NCBI RefSeq assembly: GCF_009914755.1
Contig: NC_060927.1
Length of the DNA stretch: 64,000 bases
From: the human T2T-CHM13v2.0 reference genome, Homo sapiens
Direction: 5' to 3' (one strand)
Below the pieces are notes generated by a model. The model saw only the letters and a program-made list of their open reading frames with translations, made no database searches and had not been told where the DNA came from. Shown here in pieces: positions 12,741 to 34,656 of this stretch. Every line of letters begins with the position of its first letter. Positions within the stretch are counted from its first letter, which is position 1. Position numbers and translations under genes: made by a program.

Positions 12741-14079
12741 GTACATCAATTTCCTTGCGTATTCAGTACCCGTGGCCCGGAAAACCTTCCATCGCTTTTC
12801 AGCTTGGTGATTTCTAACCATTCTCACACATTCTTCAGATGAAATACCCTGTCGTCTTTCAGGTTTACTGAGGTAGAGTTAAATAATTCCTTATCTATTT
12901 ATTACTAACTTTATATATACTTCTTCATAGTACTTGTAATGTGAAGGCCACTATATTGTGAAACTCTGATAGCATGAACTTTGCTTTCTCCATTTGATAG
13001 TTCTAGTACCTAGCTCAGAGCCTGTTGAATATCAATGCAATTCATATTTGAGGAATTAATAAATGAGATAAAAACATCACCGCAATAGAAATTAGCTAAA
13101 GAAGAAATTATTATTATTTTTTTTTTTGTAATTTGAACCGTATGGGCTGGTATAGTGAAGATTTTCTTGTGGAAAGGAGCAATTATAGAGAAAAGCTATT
13201 ACAGAACACATACAACATACAAGTCAAACTGGCATCCTATTTTAAAGAACTAGTGCTTCTTTATTTTTCATATGTAAAATGTGGATGATTAATTCTGCTT
13301 GAAGCAGTGGGATTTCCTACCTAAAAAGCAAAGGTCATCTTAATCCAGCTATCAAAGCATAGTGTTTAGGACATTGATGAAAGGACTCCTGGACAATTAG
13401 TTTTGCATATCTCGCTTTTACCAGGGATTTATAAAAGTTGGATTATGTTCAGAGGAAAGAGATCAGGATAGAGAGAACATGGAATTATATGATAATAAAA
13501 ACTTTTATGTCACTTATAACCCTTAATATTGAGAAAAAATATCTCAGAGAAGAAAAAAACTAGAGCAAGGACTAGTGGGTAGAAAATACTGAGAGAATTC
13601 AACAGAACACTGAACAATGGTTATGTGAACAATTAGTAAAATCTAAAGGTGAACTGGTCTATTTCAGAATATAGTGAATTATTTGTCAGTGAAGATATTC
13701 AAGCACTTAGTACAGGGAAATAAAACATTAAATGAGGTGTAAGAAGAGCGCGATTCCAAGGACTCTTCCTTTATCTAAATTCTATAATGCTAATATCCTA
13801 GTAAACAGAATTAGTGTAAGACTTTAAGGCTCCAATTTTACGGCATATTTTAGTGTTTTAAATTTGTATTTTAATGCTTTAAACAGACATCCTGGAGACT
13901 TCTTTTTATAAAATCATTTCAACTGTGGAAATCTCAGGTTTGTACACAATTTCCTAGCATTAGAAGTGAAAATGTAATTGCTATAGATTTTAAATTAGTG
14001 TTTTTAGTAATGTGAGGTTTATTACTTTCATAGTAATACATACCTCTACCCAATATTTCATGCATTTTCTCCATAAATA

Positions 14080-14700
14080 CCAAACTTGTTTGGCACTTTC
14101 CAATGTTGAAATGTCTGCTCTTACTGCTTCATTGTGTTAGAGATCTTCAACACAGCAAGAAAAAAAATAAAAATGCATCTAGTTTGGAAAGGTAGTATTA
14201 AAACTGTCTTCATTCTCTGATGACATGATTTTATTTATGAAAATCTGATTAAATCTATTAAAAAACTGTTAGACATAATGTGAGATTAGCAAGTTTCCAA
14301 AATATTGCAACATATATGATAGCACTAAAATATAGAACACGTAGATACATAGGAGTTTTTATGCAAGACTTTTATACTGAAAAATTACAAAACATAGCTG
14401 AGAGAAATTTTAAAAGATAGAAATTACAGGAAAGAGAGTTGTGTTCACAGATGAGAATACTCAACATTGTTAAAATGCCAACTGTCCTATATTGATCCAT
14501 AGATTGAATGCAATCCCAGTTAAAATCCCAGCAGAATTTCCTTTAGAAGCTGACAACCTAGTTCTAAAATTCATATGAAAATGCAAAGGATCTAGATAGC
14601 CAAAATAATTATGAGAAAACTCAAATTTGGCAGATAAGCCACTGCCTGTTTTGTTTAATAACCTGTATACATGCCAATGTTTGCTATTGATATGTAAAGA
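14080..14700 (+). mobile_element. Ancient L1M ORF2 fragment
   Basis: ccatagattgaatgcaatcccagttaaaatcccagcag...ttctaaaattcatatgaaaatgcaaagga. Confidence 0.75.
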
Positions 14701-15110
14701 CAACTAATGAAAATATTGTCAACTATTCCTTTCTCATGAATAATTTATTTTTAAAAAGTTTGAATATCAAGTATAAACTGTTCTATACATTTTCCAACTT
14801 TAAAAATATTTTCCCCATTTTATAAGATTTCTGTGTTGTTACATATTCTTTAAAATGCCATTATTAATATATGAAGAATAATGGACTTTTTTATTGATTA
14901 TTCCTGTATTCAGTTTACCTTTTTTATTTACTATTGTAGATAGGTCTATAGTTAGAGTTTTCCCTGTATTTAGGATTATTTTAATAGCATGTATTTCCAG
15001 TTATAATTGTAATTACTAGATCAAAGTGTGTGGACATTTATGGTTATCTATAATATATAATTTCAATATATATTAAAAATTTAAATAATTTAAGTTATAA
15101 TTTTTAAATA

Positions 15111-15570
15111 TTTATATTATTTTATAATATAAACATTTATATTATTTTATAATATAAACATTATTTATATTATTTTATAATATAAACATTATTTATGTTA
15201 TTTTATAATATAAACATTATTTATGTTATTTTATAATATAAACATTATTTATGTTATTTTATAATATAAACATTATTTATGTTATTTTATAATATAAACA
15301 TTATTTATGTTATTTTATAATATAAACATTATTTATGTTATTTTATAATATAAACATTATTTATGTTATTTTATAATATAAACATTATTTATGTTATTTT
15401 ATAATATAAACATTATTTATGTTATTTTATAATATAAACATTATTTATGTTATTTTATAATATAAACATTATTTATGTTATTTTATAATATAAACATTAT
15501 TTATGTTATTTTATAATATAAACATTATTTATGTTATTTTATAATATAAACATTATTTATATTATTATAT
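15111..15570. repeat. AT-rich minisatellite, 28-bp unit ttatttatgttattttataatataaaca
   Basis: 13 identical units at 15189-15552, preceded by one A-variant 28-mer (15161) and two 25-mers (15111, 15136); no spacers. Confidence 0.97.
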
Positions 15571-15871
15571 ATACAATAATCTACAAAATAATCTAATGGA
15601 ATCTGTAGATAGATTCATTCCATTGAATATAGATATGTTAATTCAATTGGATAGTATGTATTAATATCTATCTGGTGTTTTCTAAATGAATTTTTCTAAT
15701 TTACCTTGCCTCTGCTGATTTTCAAAGGTAAGTTATGAGATACATTTTTCAAATTCAGAATTTAGTACTTTTTGAGCTTTGTTGAGATACCATATGAGGA
15801 AAAATGGTATATACATTTATTTTATTTATTTATTTATTTATTTATATGGCTGCTATTTTTTTTTACATCTA

Positions 15872-19363
<3,492 letters not shown>

Positions 19364-20984
19364 TAATTGTTTTTCATTTGAATTTATTATGAGGAGTGTC
19401 TGTTTTGCTCTAAGCTCTACCATTTATTTTGACCTATTAATATTTTTCTCATACATCCATATTACTGCCATTCATATTACAATTGTAAACTTTTCTCTTT
19501 AATTGTTTTGTAGCAAACATGAGCTGTTTAACTTTAACAAAAAAAGTTAAAATTTTTATAGTCAAATAATATTTATACCTAAAATATTATAGTGAAATAA
19601 TATTTCTTTACAATTTTTTCAATACCGTTTGAGTTTAAGAATTCTTTACCTAGAGTGCAACAAATACTCACTTTTATCTGGGTTTTCTTTCATTGTATTA
19701 CCCAGATGAAAGGTACATGTAATTTATCTATTAACCTTTTGTTTTTTTAATACTTTATTTGGTGTATGTTCTGAAGTGACAATATAATCTCCACTATTGC
19801 CTGTTTTGCTTTATGCCCAATTGGTAGTGAACTACCGTACAATATTTCATGCACATTCTCTCCTTCACAAATCATTTGGAATACTTAATTGGAGCTTGAC
19901 TGTTTCTGGTCATTATTATCTTACCCATTGATGTCTTCATTCTGGGTCAAGGATTGTCAGATTACTTTTCATTGCCAAATATTTATTTTCTATTATTTCC
20001 TATGTATTCTTTCAAATAGACAATGAGTCATTTAGCTGTTTCAAAATATCATTCAAATCAAATTCGAAATGTTTTTTCCATTGATATTTACAATTAAATA
20101 GATAAATGTTATCTACCTTCATGTTATTTTCTAAACCAAGAAAAGCAAGTGTTTTTCTCAATTATGTGTATCATTTTCATGGATGTTGCACAATAAGTTA
20201 CTTCTGAATATATGCCTTTAAAACAGATACATTTTTAGTTGTGTACAGATACTTTTTCATAGAATCATTTTAAGAAGCAAGGTATCAACAAACATATTCT
20301 TTCCTAAGTTCTTACTGAGTAACTGTGATATGCTTGGTTAAATGCTGGGTGCAGGCATGGGTAATCATAAATAAAATGAAAACCCACTTATCTTATAGCA
20401 GTCAAGGGTTATACACACTAGAGTGTTTTGAAGGTCAAGATACATTAAGGAGCTTACAGTTTTTCTTGACAGAAAAATAGTTTCTGAGCTGAGTTATGGT
20501 ATTATAAAACTGGATTTTTAGAAAAAATTCTTGGCTATCTTCTCATCTAAATAACAATATGTGGAAGCTATTGGAAGGTGAGAAAGCACTAAAAAGAAAG
20601 AATGTGGAAAATATGTAACTATAATACAAATAGGTAATTAAATCATGGTAAGAATAGTAGAAATGAAGTGAAATAAAAAGAAATAGTATGAGAAACATTG
20701 TAAATGCAAAATTGAGAGGAATTCAGTTATTCCATAGCCAATTATTAAGCCTAGTATGGGTCGGGCACTGGGAAAAGTAAGAAAAGTACAAATATGAAGA
20801 AGCAATATTTTTTAAGTGCTATCTAGAAAACAACAGAAATAGGCAAATAGGGATACACATTGTGTTATAAAATCATGAAGCCATGTTACAAGTGACGTTT
20901 ATGTTATAAATGCATCCACAAAAGTGATGGGTCTGATACCTTCCAGACCTTCAATTGAGCATGGACCATTTGTTCTGAATTTAT

Positions 20985-21260
20985 TCAAACAACAAATATT
21001 TATAGATGACATTTGGAAAGTGTTAGACACTGGGGATATAAGAGTGAACAAGACCAATATTGTTTCAAACTATGTAGAGCTCAAAATTTGGTGAACAAAT
21101 GAGACACAAGGCAATTATACCACAGCATGATAAACACTGAAATAGGGGGGATATATGTTAGTATGCTAGAACACAAAAGAAGTAACTAATCCAGACATTA
21201 TGTGTCAAGAAAGCTTTCTAATACAAGATTTTACAGAAGCAAAATTTGAAAAATGAGTAC
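20985..21260 (-). mobile_element. L2 3' fragment
   Basis: ttcaaacaacaaatatttatag...tgttagacactggggatataagagtgaacaagac. Confidence 0.7.
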
Positions 21261-21576
21261 TTTTAAGCATGAATATATCATTAAAGCAATTTTCTGTATC
21301 CTGAACTAAAAAAACAAGAATGAATTTCATGCAGGCTGAGGCATCTGTGAATCAAAATGTTCAAACTGAATATATAAATTCAATACTCATACATGTATTT
21401 GGAAAGTAGGAAAACATTGTAAAGGCTAAAGAAGAGATCATAATGGAATTACAATTTCAAACTAAAAAAAAACCCCTATATAGCAAAATTTCTAGTATGT
21501 AAGGAAAAAGTCTTAAACAATTTGTAACTATTAATAAATATATTGCAAAAATAAGAATCAATAGTAAATGAGTAGT

Positions 21577-21700
21577 GAGTCAGGCATGGTGGCATATGCT
21601 TATAGTCCAGCTCTGTAGAAGGCTGAGAAAAAAGGATTCCTTGACCCCAGAAGTTCAAGGCCAACCTGGATAACATAAGGAGACCCTGTCTCTAAAACAC
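21577..21700 (+). mobile_element. FLAM/Alu monomer
   Basis: Single Alu arm caggcatggtggc...cagaagttcaaggccaacctgg...gagaccctgtctctaaaa. Confidence 0.85.
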
Positions 21701-22335
21701 AAAGTAAAATAATTTAAAAAGTGAATAAGTAGTATTCAAACTTATTATGTTTAAAAAATGGTAGAGTACACTTGAAAGCAGATGAAATTAAAGTAATAAA
21801 CATCAAAGTAGAAATTAAGAAGATAATTTTTGAAAAAGGAGAAAATAAATGATTTAATACTTTGTGGAAAAGTTTTTTTTTTTGTATGTGACAGAACAGT
21901 GATCTTATTGGTGTAAAATATGCAATAGAAGGCATACTTATGTAATATTAGGTATAAACAAGCTAAATTCAGATAAATATTAAAAATTCATAAGCTAATA
22001 ATCTAAAATATATCACCTCAATATATTTAAAAATATAGAAGTAATGAACAATTTTAACCAAATGTGTAGATTTCAAAATTGTCAAAGAGAATACCTGAAT
22101 ATATCTATAGTTATTATAGAATCTAAATCATTTACAAAAAGCACACGTATGCTTTTCATAAACAAATACATCAGCCCTAGACTATTTTATAAGCCAGTTC
22201 TATTAAATGCTCAAGAAGAAATACTTCCTATGTTATAGAATATTTTCTGGATAATTGAAAAAAATGGTAAACCTATCTAGTTCATTTCATGAAACTAGCA
22301 TATGATTGATACAAAACTTGCAACAAAATCCAAAA

Positions 22336-25300
22336 GGGAGCTGATTCAGTAAAATGGCAGAATAGAAAATCTAGGCTCCACTACCCGCCCTGCCAATCCC
22401 CCCAGAATGTTTAGCTAGCAACTACCTATAGACGGGAAAATCTTTTTGAAAACCCCAGTAATTGGAAACAAGCCAAAGATACCCACGTGTTCTGCAGAAA
22501 TGAATTAAAACCTTACTAGAAGAGAAAGAAGAACGGTGTCTCTACAACCATGGTACACCTCGCTGTCTCTCTCATATCTGCACAATTCCAGATGGAGAGG
22601 ATTTCCCCTGGTCCTCCATTTTTGTAGAGAGAAAAAAGAACTGGAGGCAGTCATTCAGCTTTCCTAGCACCGTGAGACACTTCCCCGGAAGCCCACTCTG
22701 ATCTCACCTCCCAAGGAACACTATGTCTAATGACATTGCTAGATTGCCTAGGGTCAAGTGAAAACAAAGAAAGTAGGCAGAGGTCATAGTGATGAGTAGA
22801 CAGATCTTAGTGGTGCCTCTACGTTCCTGCTAGTTGTGGCACCAATCAGAGATATTAGCTAATTTTGTAGCCCACTCACAAAGCTGACCTAGTCACCTTC
22901 AGAAGCATGGTGGGAAGTTCAACCTAGTCACTTTCAGAAGCACGGTGGGAAGTTCAACCTAGTTTGAGTCCCTAGGCAGCTAGCCTCCATGTCCAGCCTC
23001 GTAGCCCACCACAATGACCCCACACAGGCAGAAAGATACCTGGTTCTGCTCATTTCAAAGAAACATGGTGGCTAGAGTTGTGTGACTGAGGACAAACAGC
23101 TGCTCGATTCAGCAAAAAGCCCACCTCACAGCTGCACCCTGGAAGAGAGGAAATCTTAGCTTCTTCCCTTGTATAATGGTCAACAATCTGGACTCTGAAA
23201 GGGAAGTAATTTTCAATCTTGCATTTCTAGGGAGCATAACTTCTCATCCCACCCATCCAAAGCTCCATTCCACCTAACTATGGAGCCCATACTGTAGTCC
23301 TGCACAACTGCAGGTTCTGACTAGTGAAATCACCCAGCCAGAGAATACATCTTATGACTAGCTTGAACAGAAACCATGTTAGTACTCAGACAGCAGCTCC
23401 ACCTGATAGCAGAGCTCAGACAATTGTCTTGCTAGATAGTGTAGCCCAGTCAGCAGTCTGACTCAATATTAGAGTAAAGGCAGCCGCCCAGGCAATGAGA
23501 AAACCCACAATAAGCTCTGCCTGCTTGGGGTCATCCATCAGCTGGCCCTTCCAGAATCACAGGCTAACCTAAATAGTGAAGGTCTATTACTGCCAAAGAA
23601 CCACAGGCAAAGGCCAGAAGAGGAAGCTGTTTCCTCAAATGTGCAGGCAACAACACTATAGCACAAGACATACAAAGACTGAGGGAATCATGACATCTCA
23701 AAAGCAACAATAAAGATCCAATCATGGATTCTGACAAAATGGAGATCTATGAAATGACTGATACAGAATTCAGAATAATACTTTTTAAAATTTTCAGTGA
23801 ACTACAAGAATATGTGGATAGAAAATTAAATGTAATTTAAAAAACAATACACACAAAAAGATAATTTTGACAAATAAATAAAAACAATAAAAAAGATCAA
23901 AATACAAATCTTAGAGATGAAGAATACTATGACTAAATTGAAAAGTCCAATATAAAGCTTCTACAGCAGGTTTAATCAAGCAGAAGAAAGAATCAGTAAG
24001 CTAGAAGACAGAACATTTGAAATTATCCAGGCAGATGAGCAAAAAGGCAAAATGTTAAAGAATGAAGAAAGCTGAGGGAATTATGGTACATTAGGAGATC
24101 AAAATTCACATAATAGAAGTTGCAGAAGACGAAAGACTAAGAAGAAAGCGTATTTAAAGACATAATGGTGAAAAAATTTCTAATATGGGGATAGATGCCA
24201 ACATACAGGTACAGGAAGAGCATAGGTCTCCAAACAAATTCACTCCAAACAGGAGCTCACCAAGACATATAATAATAAAACTATCAAAAAATCAAAGACA
24301 AAGTTATGCGGTAAGCAAAGTATTTATTTCTTCCTCATTTCAGAAAGACAGCTGTGTTTGGTAACATATTCTTGGTTAGTAGTGGTTCTCCTTCAGCACT
24401 TTATATACATCATCCCACTCTCTCCTGGCATGCAAGATTTCTGCTGAGAAATTCACTGAAGATCATTTTGGCACTTGTTTGTATGTGATTCAAACCATCA
24501 AAAAATCAAAGACAAAGTAATGAGATACACAAGAGATAAGAGTTAAAAACTCTCAATAAACTAGGTATTGAAGGAACATACCTCAAAATAATAAGAGCCA
24601 TTTATAACAAACCCACAGCCAATATCATACTAAATGGGCAAAAGCTGGAAGCATTTCCCTTTGAAAACTGTCACAAGACAAGGATGCCCTCTCTCACCAC
24701 TCTTATTCAACATAGTATTGGAAGTTCTGGTCAGGGCAATCAGGCAAGAGAAAGAAATAAAGGGTATTCATATAGAAAGGGAGGAAGTCAACTTGTCTTT
24801 CTTTGCAGATGACATGATCATATATCTAGAAAACCCCATCAACTCAGCTTCTTAAGCTGATAAGCAACTTCAGCAGTCTCAGGATACAAAATCAATGTGC
24901 AGAAATCACACTCATTCCTATACACCAGCAACAGACAAGCAGAGAGCCAAATAATGAATAAACTCCCATTCACAATTGTCACAAAGAGAATAAAATACCT
25001 ACAAATACAGCTGACAAGGGAAGTTTTCTCTCCTTCAAGGAGAACTACTAACCACTGTCCTTAGGAAATCAGAGAGGACACAAGCAGAAGGAAAAACATT
25101 TCATGCTCATGGATAGGAAAAATCAATATCATGAAAATGGCCATACTGCCCAAAGCAATTTATAGATTCAATGTTATTGCTATTAAACTACCATTGACAT
25201 TGTTCACAGAATTAGAAAATACTATTTTAAAATTCATATGGAACTGACAAAGAGCTCTTAGAGCCAGGACAATTCTAAGCGAAAAGAACAAAGCTGGAGG

Positions 25301-27262
25301 AATCGTTCTACCCAACTTCAAACTATACTACAAGGCTAGAGTAGCCAAAACAGCACAGTACTAGTACAAAAAAAGGCACATAGACCAATGGAATAAAATG
25401 GCGAACTCAGAAATAAAACTGCACATCCACAGCCATGTGATCTTTGACAACTCTAACAAAAACAAGCAATGGTGAAAGTTTTTCCTATTTAACAAATGGT
25501 GCTGGGAGAATTTGCTAGCCATATGCAGAAAATTGAAACTGGACTCCTTCCTTACACTTTGTACAAGAATAAACTCAAGATGGATTAAAGACTAAAAAAA
25601 CTCAAGAAGAAAATCTAGGCAATACCATTTAGGACACAGGCACGGGCAAAGAATTTGAAAAGACAGAAATTCTTCCGAATTGTTTTTATGAGATTCACCC
25701 ACAAACCGCAAATAGGCTGGGTGCGGAGGCTCACACCTATAATCCCAGCACTTCTGGAAGCCAAGGTGGGAAGATTAGAAGTCAGGAGTTCGAGACCAGC
25801 CTGACCAACATGGTGAAACCCCGTCCCTACTAAAAATACAAAAAATAGCTGGGCGTGTTGGTGCGCACCTGTAATCCCAGCTACTCAGGAGGCTGAGTAA
25901 GGAACTGGGGAGGCGAACTTGAACTTGGGGAGGCGAAGGTTGGAGTGAGCCAAGATTGCACCATTGCACTCTAGCCTGGGTGACAGAGTAAGACTCCATG
26001 ACAAAAAACAAACAAACTAAACAAACACCAAAAAAAACGCAAGTAACCAAGGCAATCATGAACAACAAAATAAAGAAGCTGGAGGCATTACACTACCTTT
26101 TGTCCCCAAAAGCACACAACAAAACCAAAAATAGACAAATAAGATTACATTAAACTAAAAAGCTTTTCCACTTAAACAAACAAGGTGAAGCGACAACCTA
26201 CAAATAAGGACAAAATATTTGCAAGCCATATATTCAATAACAGATTAATATTCAAAATATATCAGGAATTCAAATAGTTGAATAGCAAGAAAAAGTAAGT
26301 TAAAAAATGGGCAAGGAAACTGAATAGACTTTCCCAAAAGAAGACAGACAGATGACCAACAGATGTAGGAAAACATGCTTAACAACCCTAATTATTAGGT
26401 ACATTCAAATTAAAACCACAATGAGATGTTATCTCACACTTGTCATAATAGCTTTTATCAAAAAAATAAAAAATAAATGTTAGTAAGGATGTCTAGAAAA
26501 CAGAACCCTTGGCCACTGTTGTTGGAAATGTAAATTAGTACAGCAGTTATGAAAAGCTGTGTAGAGGTTCCTGAAAAAACTAAAAAGAGAACCACCATAT
26601 GATCCAATTATCGCACTTCTGAGTATTTACCCAAAAGATTTGAAATAAGCTTGTTGAAGAGATACCTGAAGCCATGTTCACTGTAGCACTATTCACAATA
26701 GCAAAGTTATAGAATCAAGCTCAGTGTCCATTAACAAATTAATGAATAAAGAAAATGTGGCATATACCTACAATGAAATACCATTCAGCATTAAAAAAGA
26801 ATGAAATTATCTGTCATTTGTGACAACATAGATGAAATGGAGAATATTATATTTAATGAAATAAGCCAGGCACAGAGAGACAATTATCACCGGTTCTCAC
26901 ATAATATGTGGAATCAAAACCAACCAAAACTCACAGAAACAGAGAGCAGTGTGATTACAAAGGCTGGGAGATGAGAGGAATGACAGATGATGGTCAAAAG
27001 GTAGAAGAACTCAGAAAAAAAGCAATATTTTTTTGAGATCTATTGCACAGTGTCATAGATACAATTAATAATAGTGTACTATAAATTTCAAAATGGCTAA
27101 GAGAATAAATTTCAAATGGTTTTACCACATAAAAAGTTAAGTATTTGAGGTTATGGATATGTTAATTGATTACTTCACATTGTATTAATAAATTATAACA
27201 TTATTTTGTACCCCATAAAAGCATGTAATTGTGAATTGTCAATTTAAAATAAAATAAAAAAG
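22336..27262 (+). mobile_element. Rearranged L1MA-type element (5'UTR, partial ORF1, deleted ORF2, 3'UTR) with an internal younger-looking ORF2 block at ~24543-25655
   Basis: 5' aaaatggcagaatag; ORF1-like 23690-24310; RT ORF 24634-24855 ([16 protein letters not shown]...FADD); L1MA 3'UTR ending ttgtcaatttaaaataaaataaaaa; 35-bp tandem duplication at 22887-22963. Confidence 0.85.
25715..26038 (+). mobile_element. AluS with a short internal duplication
   Basis: Dimeric Alu; gaac(t)tggggaggcgaa repeated at ~25902-25937; mixed A/C tail. Confidence 0.92.
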
Positions 27263-27894
27263 CAAGCAAACAGACAAACGTAAACCTAAAGGGAAAGACA
27301 ATGTACGAATTAAGATTTCAAAATAATAGAACTTTTAAGAGCATGAAAGAACAATCGTTAGAGGAAAGACTCACTTACCTACATACATGTAAAATCCCTA
27401 AATAAAGTACTAACAAACTAAATTCAACAAAATGAGAAATGGATAAGAAATCCTACAAAACTTTATAAACAATAATTATCCTTTTGCCAACTTTCTATAT
27501 AATGGTGAAAATAGAAGCATTTCTTGTTAAAATCAGAAATAACATAAGGGATTTTTGTTATTACAGCTTCTATTCACTATTGTATTTCTTCTGTCAAGCA
27601 GATTATACAGGAGTGTGGTAATAAAGGTTTAAATAACTAAAAGAAATAAACACAAAATAATTATGAGAATCTGTAGACTAAACTCAGAATGAATAAATGT
27701 GAGGCTGTTTGACATAACGTCAGGATACCAAGGGCAGGTATGTTCCTACAAGCAGCAATTAGTTGGAAAAATTTTAACGTAAACAACATATATATGAGAG
27801 AGTACATTTCAATGGAATTCTGCAGAGCATATATGGCCATGTAACCAAGTTAAGGCTTAGTCAGCACCAATAAGCTTTCCTCTTGCCGCTTTAA

Positions 27895-28249
<355 letters not shown>

Positions 28250-29334
28250 TAACTCTTAACAGCAAAGATAACTTATGCCTGCTTTCAAAATTTCATAATT
28301 GAAATCATAACATGTATATTCTTATATATCTTTCTTTGTTTAATATCATATTTGTTAGATTTTTATTACATACTGTGTATAATATTTTTTCATTGCTTTT
28401 AAAACCCCTAGAATCAACACATTATATTTGCTTTAGCCTTTCTACTGTTGCTAGTCATTTTCTTAGACTAGTCTTTGACTATTCTGGGTAAGTCTACTTT
28501 GACTATATTGAGTCAGCCTTTCCATGCATGCATGTCTATATTTCTGTTTTGTATATATCTAGGAGTAAAATTACTGAGTAATATTGTATGCTTAATGAAT
28601 ACTACTAAACAGGTATCCACAATGATTTTAGTAGTTTTCATTTCCACACTATCATATGAAAGTTCTTGTTGCTCCATATCTTCATCAAACTTTTTAAAAT
28701 TTTATCGTTCTGTTTTATTATTGCCCATTGTTATTACAATGCTTTAGTTAACATCACCTTATAAAATATTTACTATACAACAGGAAAAGATAGTTGTCAT
28801 TCTTTAGAAAATAGATAAATGTGTGGTAAACTGAAATTAGCTTATAGCTAAATATGAACAGATTCTCTGTCTTTAGTTTCTTATTCATAAGCTTATCTCC
28901 AGTATATTGATGTGAAAATAGAAAATGAACTTATACAGACTCAGAAAAGTACAATTGTAATGAATAAGAAAGTAGAAGACATTTTACTGTCTGAAAAGCT
29001 GCAGTAGCTAAGAAATTTTGAAAAATCTTTTTAGTTTTTCATGCATTAAGTAGATTACACCATCAACAGCACCTACAGGCACAAACCTACTGGTTACGTG
29101 TAATCAATTCAATAATCATGAGTCATTTGTTAGTCAGAATATAGCATATAATGGTGTATTCAGTATAGTATTAGTTATTCTGATAATTTTCTTTTAAAAT
29201 TTTAAGGTATTTTTATATTCATAACATCTTATATTAGTGTTCATTGGGTGTAGTATACAACAAGTCATCTTAAAGTGGGTGGTGGTGTAAAATATTTAGT
29301 ATAGGAAATCAGGAATCTATTTTTCTCTTTCTTA

Positions 29335-32258
<2,924 letters not shown>

Positions 32259-34172
32259 CATTTTCATCATATCATGTATGGAAGTCTCCATTTATACAGC
32301 AACAAATATGTATTTTGCATACTAAAATTAATTTCAGGGAGGTTATGTTGAGGATAAACACAATTCATTCTATGTTACAAAATGTTTCATCATTCTTTGT
32401 CTTTTCCATATTGTGAAGCATTTTTTCACAAAATAAGATTTCTCTCCTTTATTCTCAGTAAGGTTGGAAAAATTCTTTGGTTCAATTAACTGTTATTACT
32501 TAGACATGAGCTATATGGACTCAATTATTCTTTCTACAAAACGATATGATATCTATTTAGTTAAGTGTACAATCTAGTAGAATTTAACACATGGAGACAG
32601 CAATATAAGGGTATGAATTAAATTATCAAAACCAGTGGAAATAATTCTTGGGTGCTTGGAGAGAAAAAAATAAAAAGAAATCAAACCAAAATGAGGTGCA
32701 ATTACACATGACATAAAGAAAAGTTTTAAACATTTTTTTCATGTGGCAGATTTGAATGACAGATAAAGAAAAGTAGAGCTAATAACAGATGGCACTAAAA
32801 AGGACAAAAATTTCTAATGTTGCTTATTTTAACCTCTTCCATTAAAAACAGTTGAAATGGGAACCTATAGAAGTGCAAAACTAGGTGGAACAGAGAAAAC
32901 AATGCTACAGAAAAAGAGTATGCAGATATGTAGATGTTGAAGGTGTTAAATTGATCAGGCACTGATGATATGTTGAGAAAAATAAGCTAGTAGATTTTGA
33001 TTCTTGTAATTTATTGAGAATAAGCAAGACAACTGAAGAGTCTTTTAAAGTTAAAATAAAAAACAATGAAAAGTTTATATTAAAAACTACATATTTATGT
33101 ATGTATTGTGTTTGCGCCTTAATTAACAACAACAACAAAATATCCAGAAAGATTTTCTAATCTGGAAATAAAGGTCTTAGAATTTTTTTTTTCAAAAATT
33201 AAAAAGCCTTGTCATCCTAAATAATGGCTTTGGAAAATACAAGGACAATAATAGGTACAACAGACTTTTATATTAGCAAGATTTTTTATTTTGTTTCACA
33301 TGTTTATCAATACATTGGGAAAATTCAAACTATTCAAGTGAACTATTCGACTCACAACTAGTTATAGAAGGAGTGTGTACGTGGCTTATCTACAATATTA
33401 TTATCAACAGTTCAGGGTGAGAATGGAAGACATAATAAGAAATGCTCTGTAGAGACTTGGCCCAGTTCTGTTTAACATTTTCATTCATGACCTAGATAAC
33501 AACATGGAAAATGTATTCTTTAACTAAAAAAAAAAAAGGTTAGCACACTAAACCATTGTAAAATACTAGAAAAAATAATTAGAAAATATAGGAAAGTGTT
33601 TGGTACAATATAAGCCAATATTTAACATGTGGAAATTGGAAAATAATTTTCACTAATATGGCAGTAAAGTAGAGGTATGTATTTCCTGAGTAGAATATAA
33701 GTCGAAACTATATTAACTTAATACATTGTTTATAAACCCAGAAAGTGTGTTTGTTGTAATAAAAGCTTATATATTAAACTCTCTTAGACTCATCTTACTT
33801 CAGCTGAAGACTCCACTAACTTAAACACATTTTGAAAACTGGAAGTAATTTTTAAAGTATCTGAAGCTGGAAATGAGAGGTTTTAAGAAGATACTAATTA
33901 TCATGATACTACAAAAATCAGAATATAATAAAATAGATTTAATTGAAATAATTAGTAAAAGAAGAATTCTATGATTTGGGTATTAGAGGTAGGAAGCTTT
34001 GTACTCTTCAGTCTGAAAATTTTGAAGATTAGTATTTTTTCAATTTGTGTCTGAGCTCAACTATGTCTGACAGTTGCTTTTAGCTTTATAACCCAGCATA
34101 GTCATACCATTTTTAATAAAACACCCAGAGATGAAACCCCTTTGTGTTGATTCCGTTTCACCGCTTGATAGC

Positions 34173-34656
34173 TGTGGGTTGGAACAATTTTAAGATGACC
34201 TCCAGTGACTCTCCCTTGTACAATCCTCTCTCCTTGAGTGTAAACAGGACTGGTTATTTCTTGTAACCAATAAAATGTCACAAAGATAAAGGGATTGTAC
34301 AGATGCACTGAAGTTCTAAGTCGGCTGACTTTAAGTTAATTAAATTATATATTAGTTGAGGCAGATCATTTAAATTAATCAAAAGGTGAGCCCTTTATAA
34401 AAGGATCTAGAAGTGGGCTGCAAGGAAATGAACTCTGACAACAACCTGAGGGAACTATGAAGCTACTCTTTTCCCCATTCAACTTCCTGGTGAGAATGTA
34501 GCCTGCCCAGCCTTAATTTTAGTCTCGTGAAATCCTAAGAAGAAGGTCCAACTATACCATGTCAGGATTCCTAATACAAGGAAATGTGAAAAAAATAAAT
34601 CTGTGTAGCTTTTGCTACTAGAGGAAATTAGTTATGCAACATAGAAAACTAATATA
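34173..34656 (+). mobile_element. MLT1E/F-type solo LTR
   Basis: aatcctctctccttgagtgtaaacaggact; end gttatgcaacatagaaaactaatata. Confidence 0.75.

Noticed and set aside
15111-15570. 28-bp repeat array as a CRISPR
   Set aside because: The units are head-to-tail with no spacers, there are no cas genes, and the DNA is primate.
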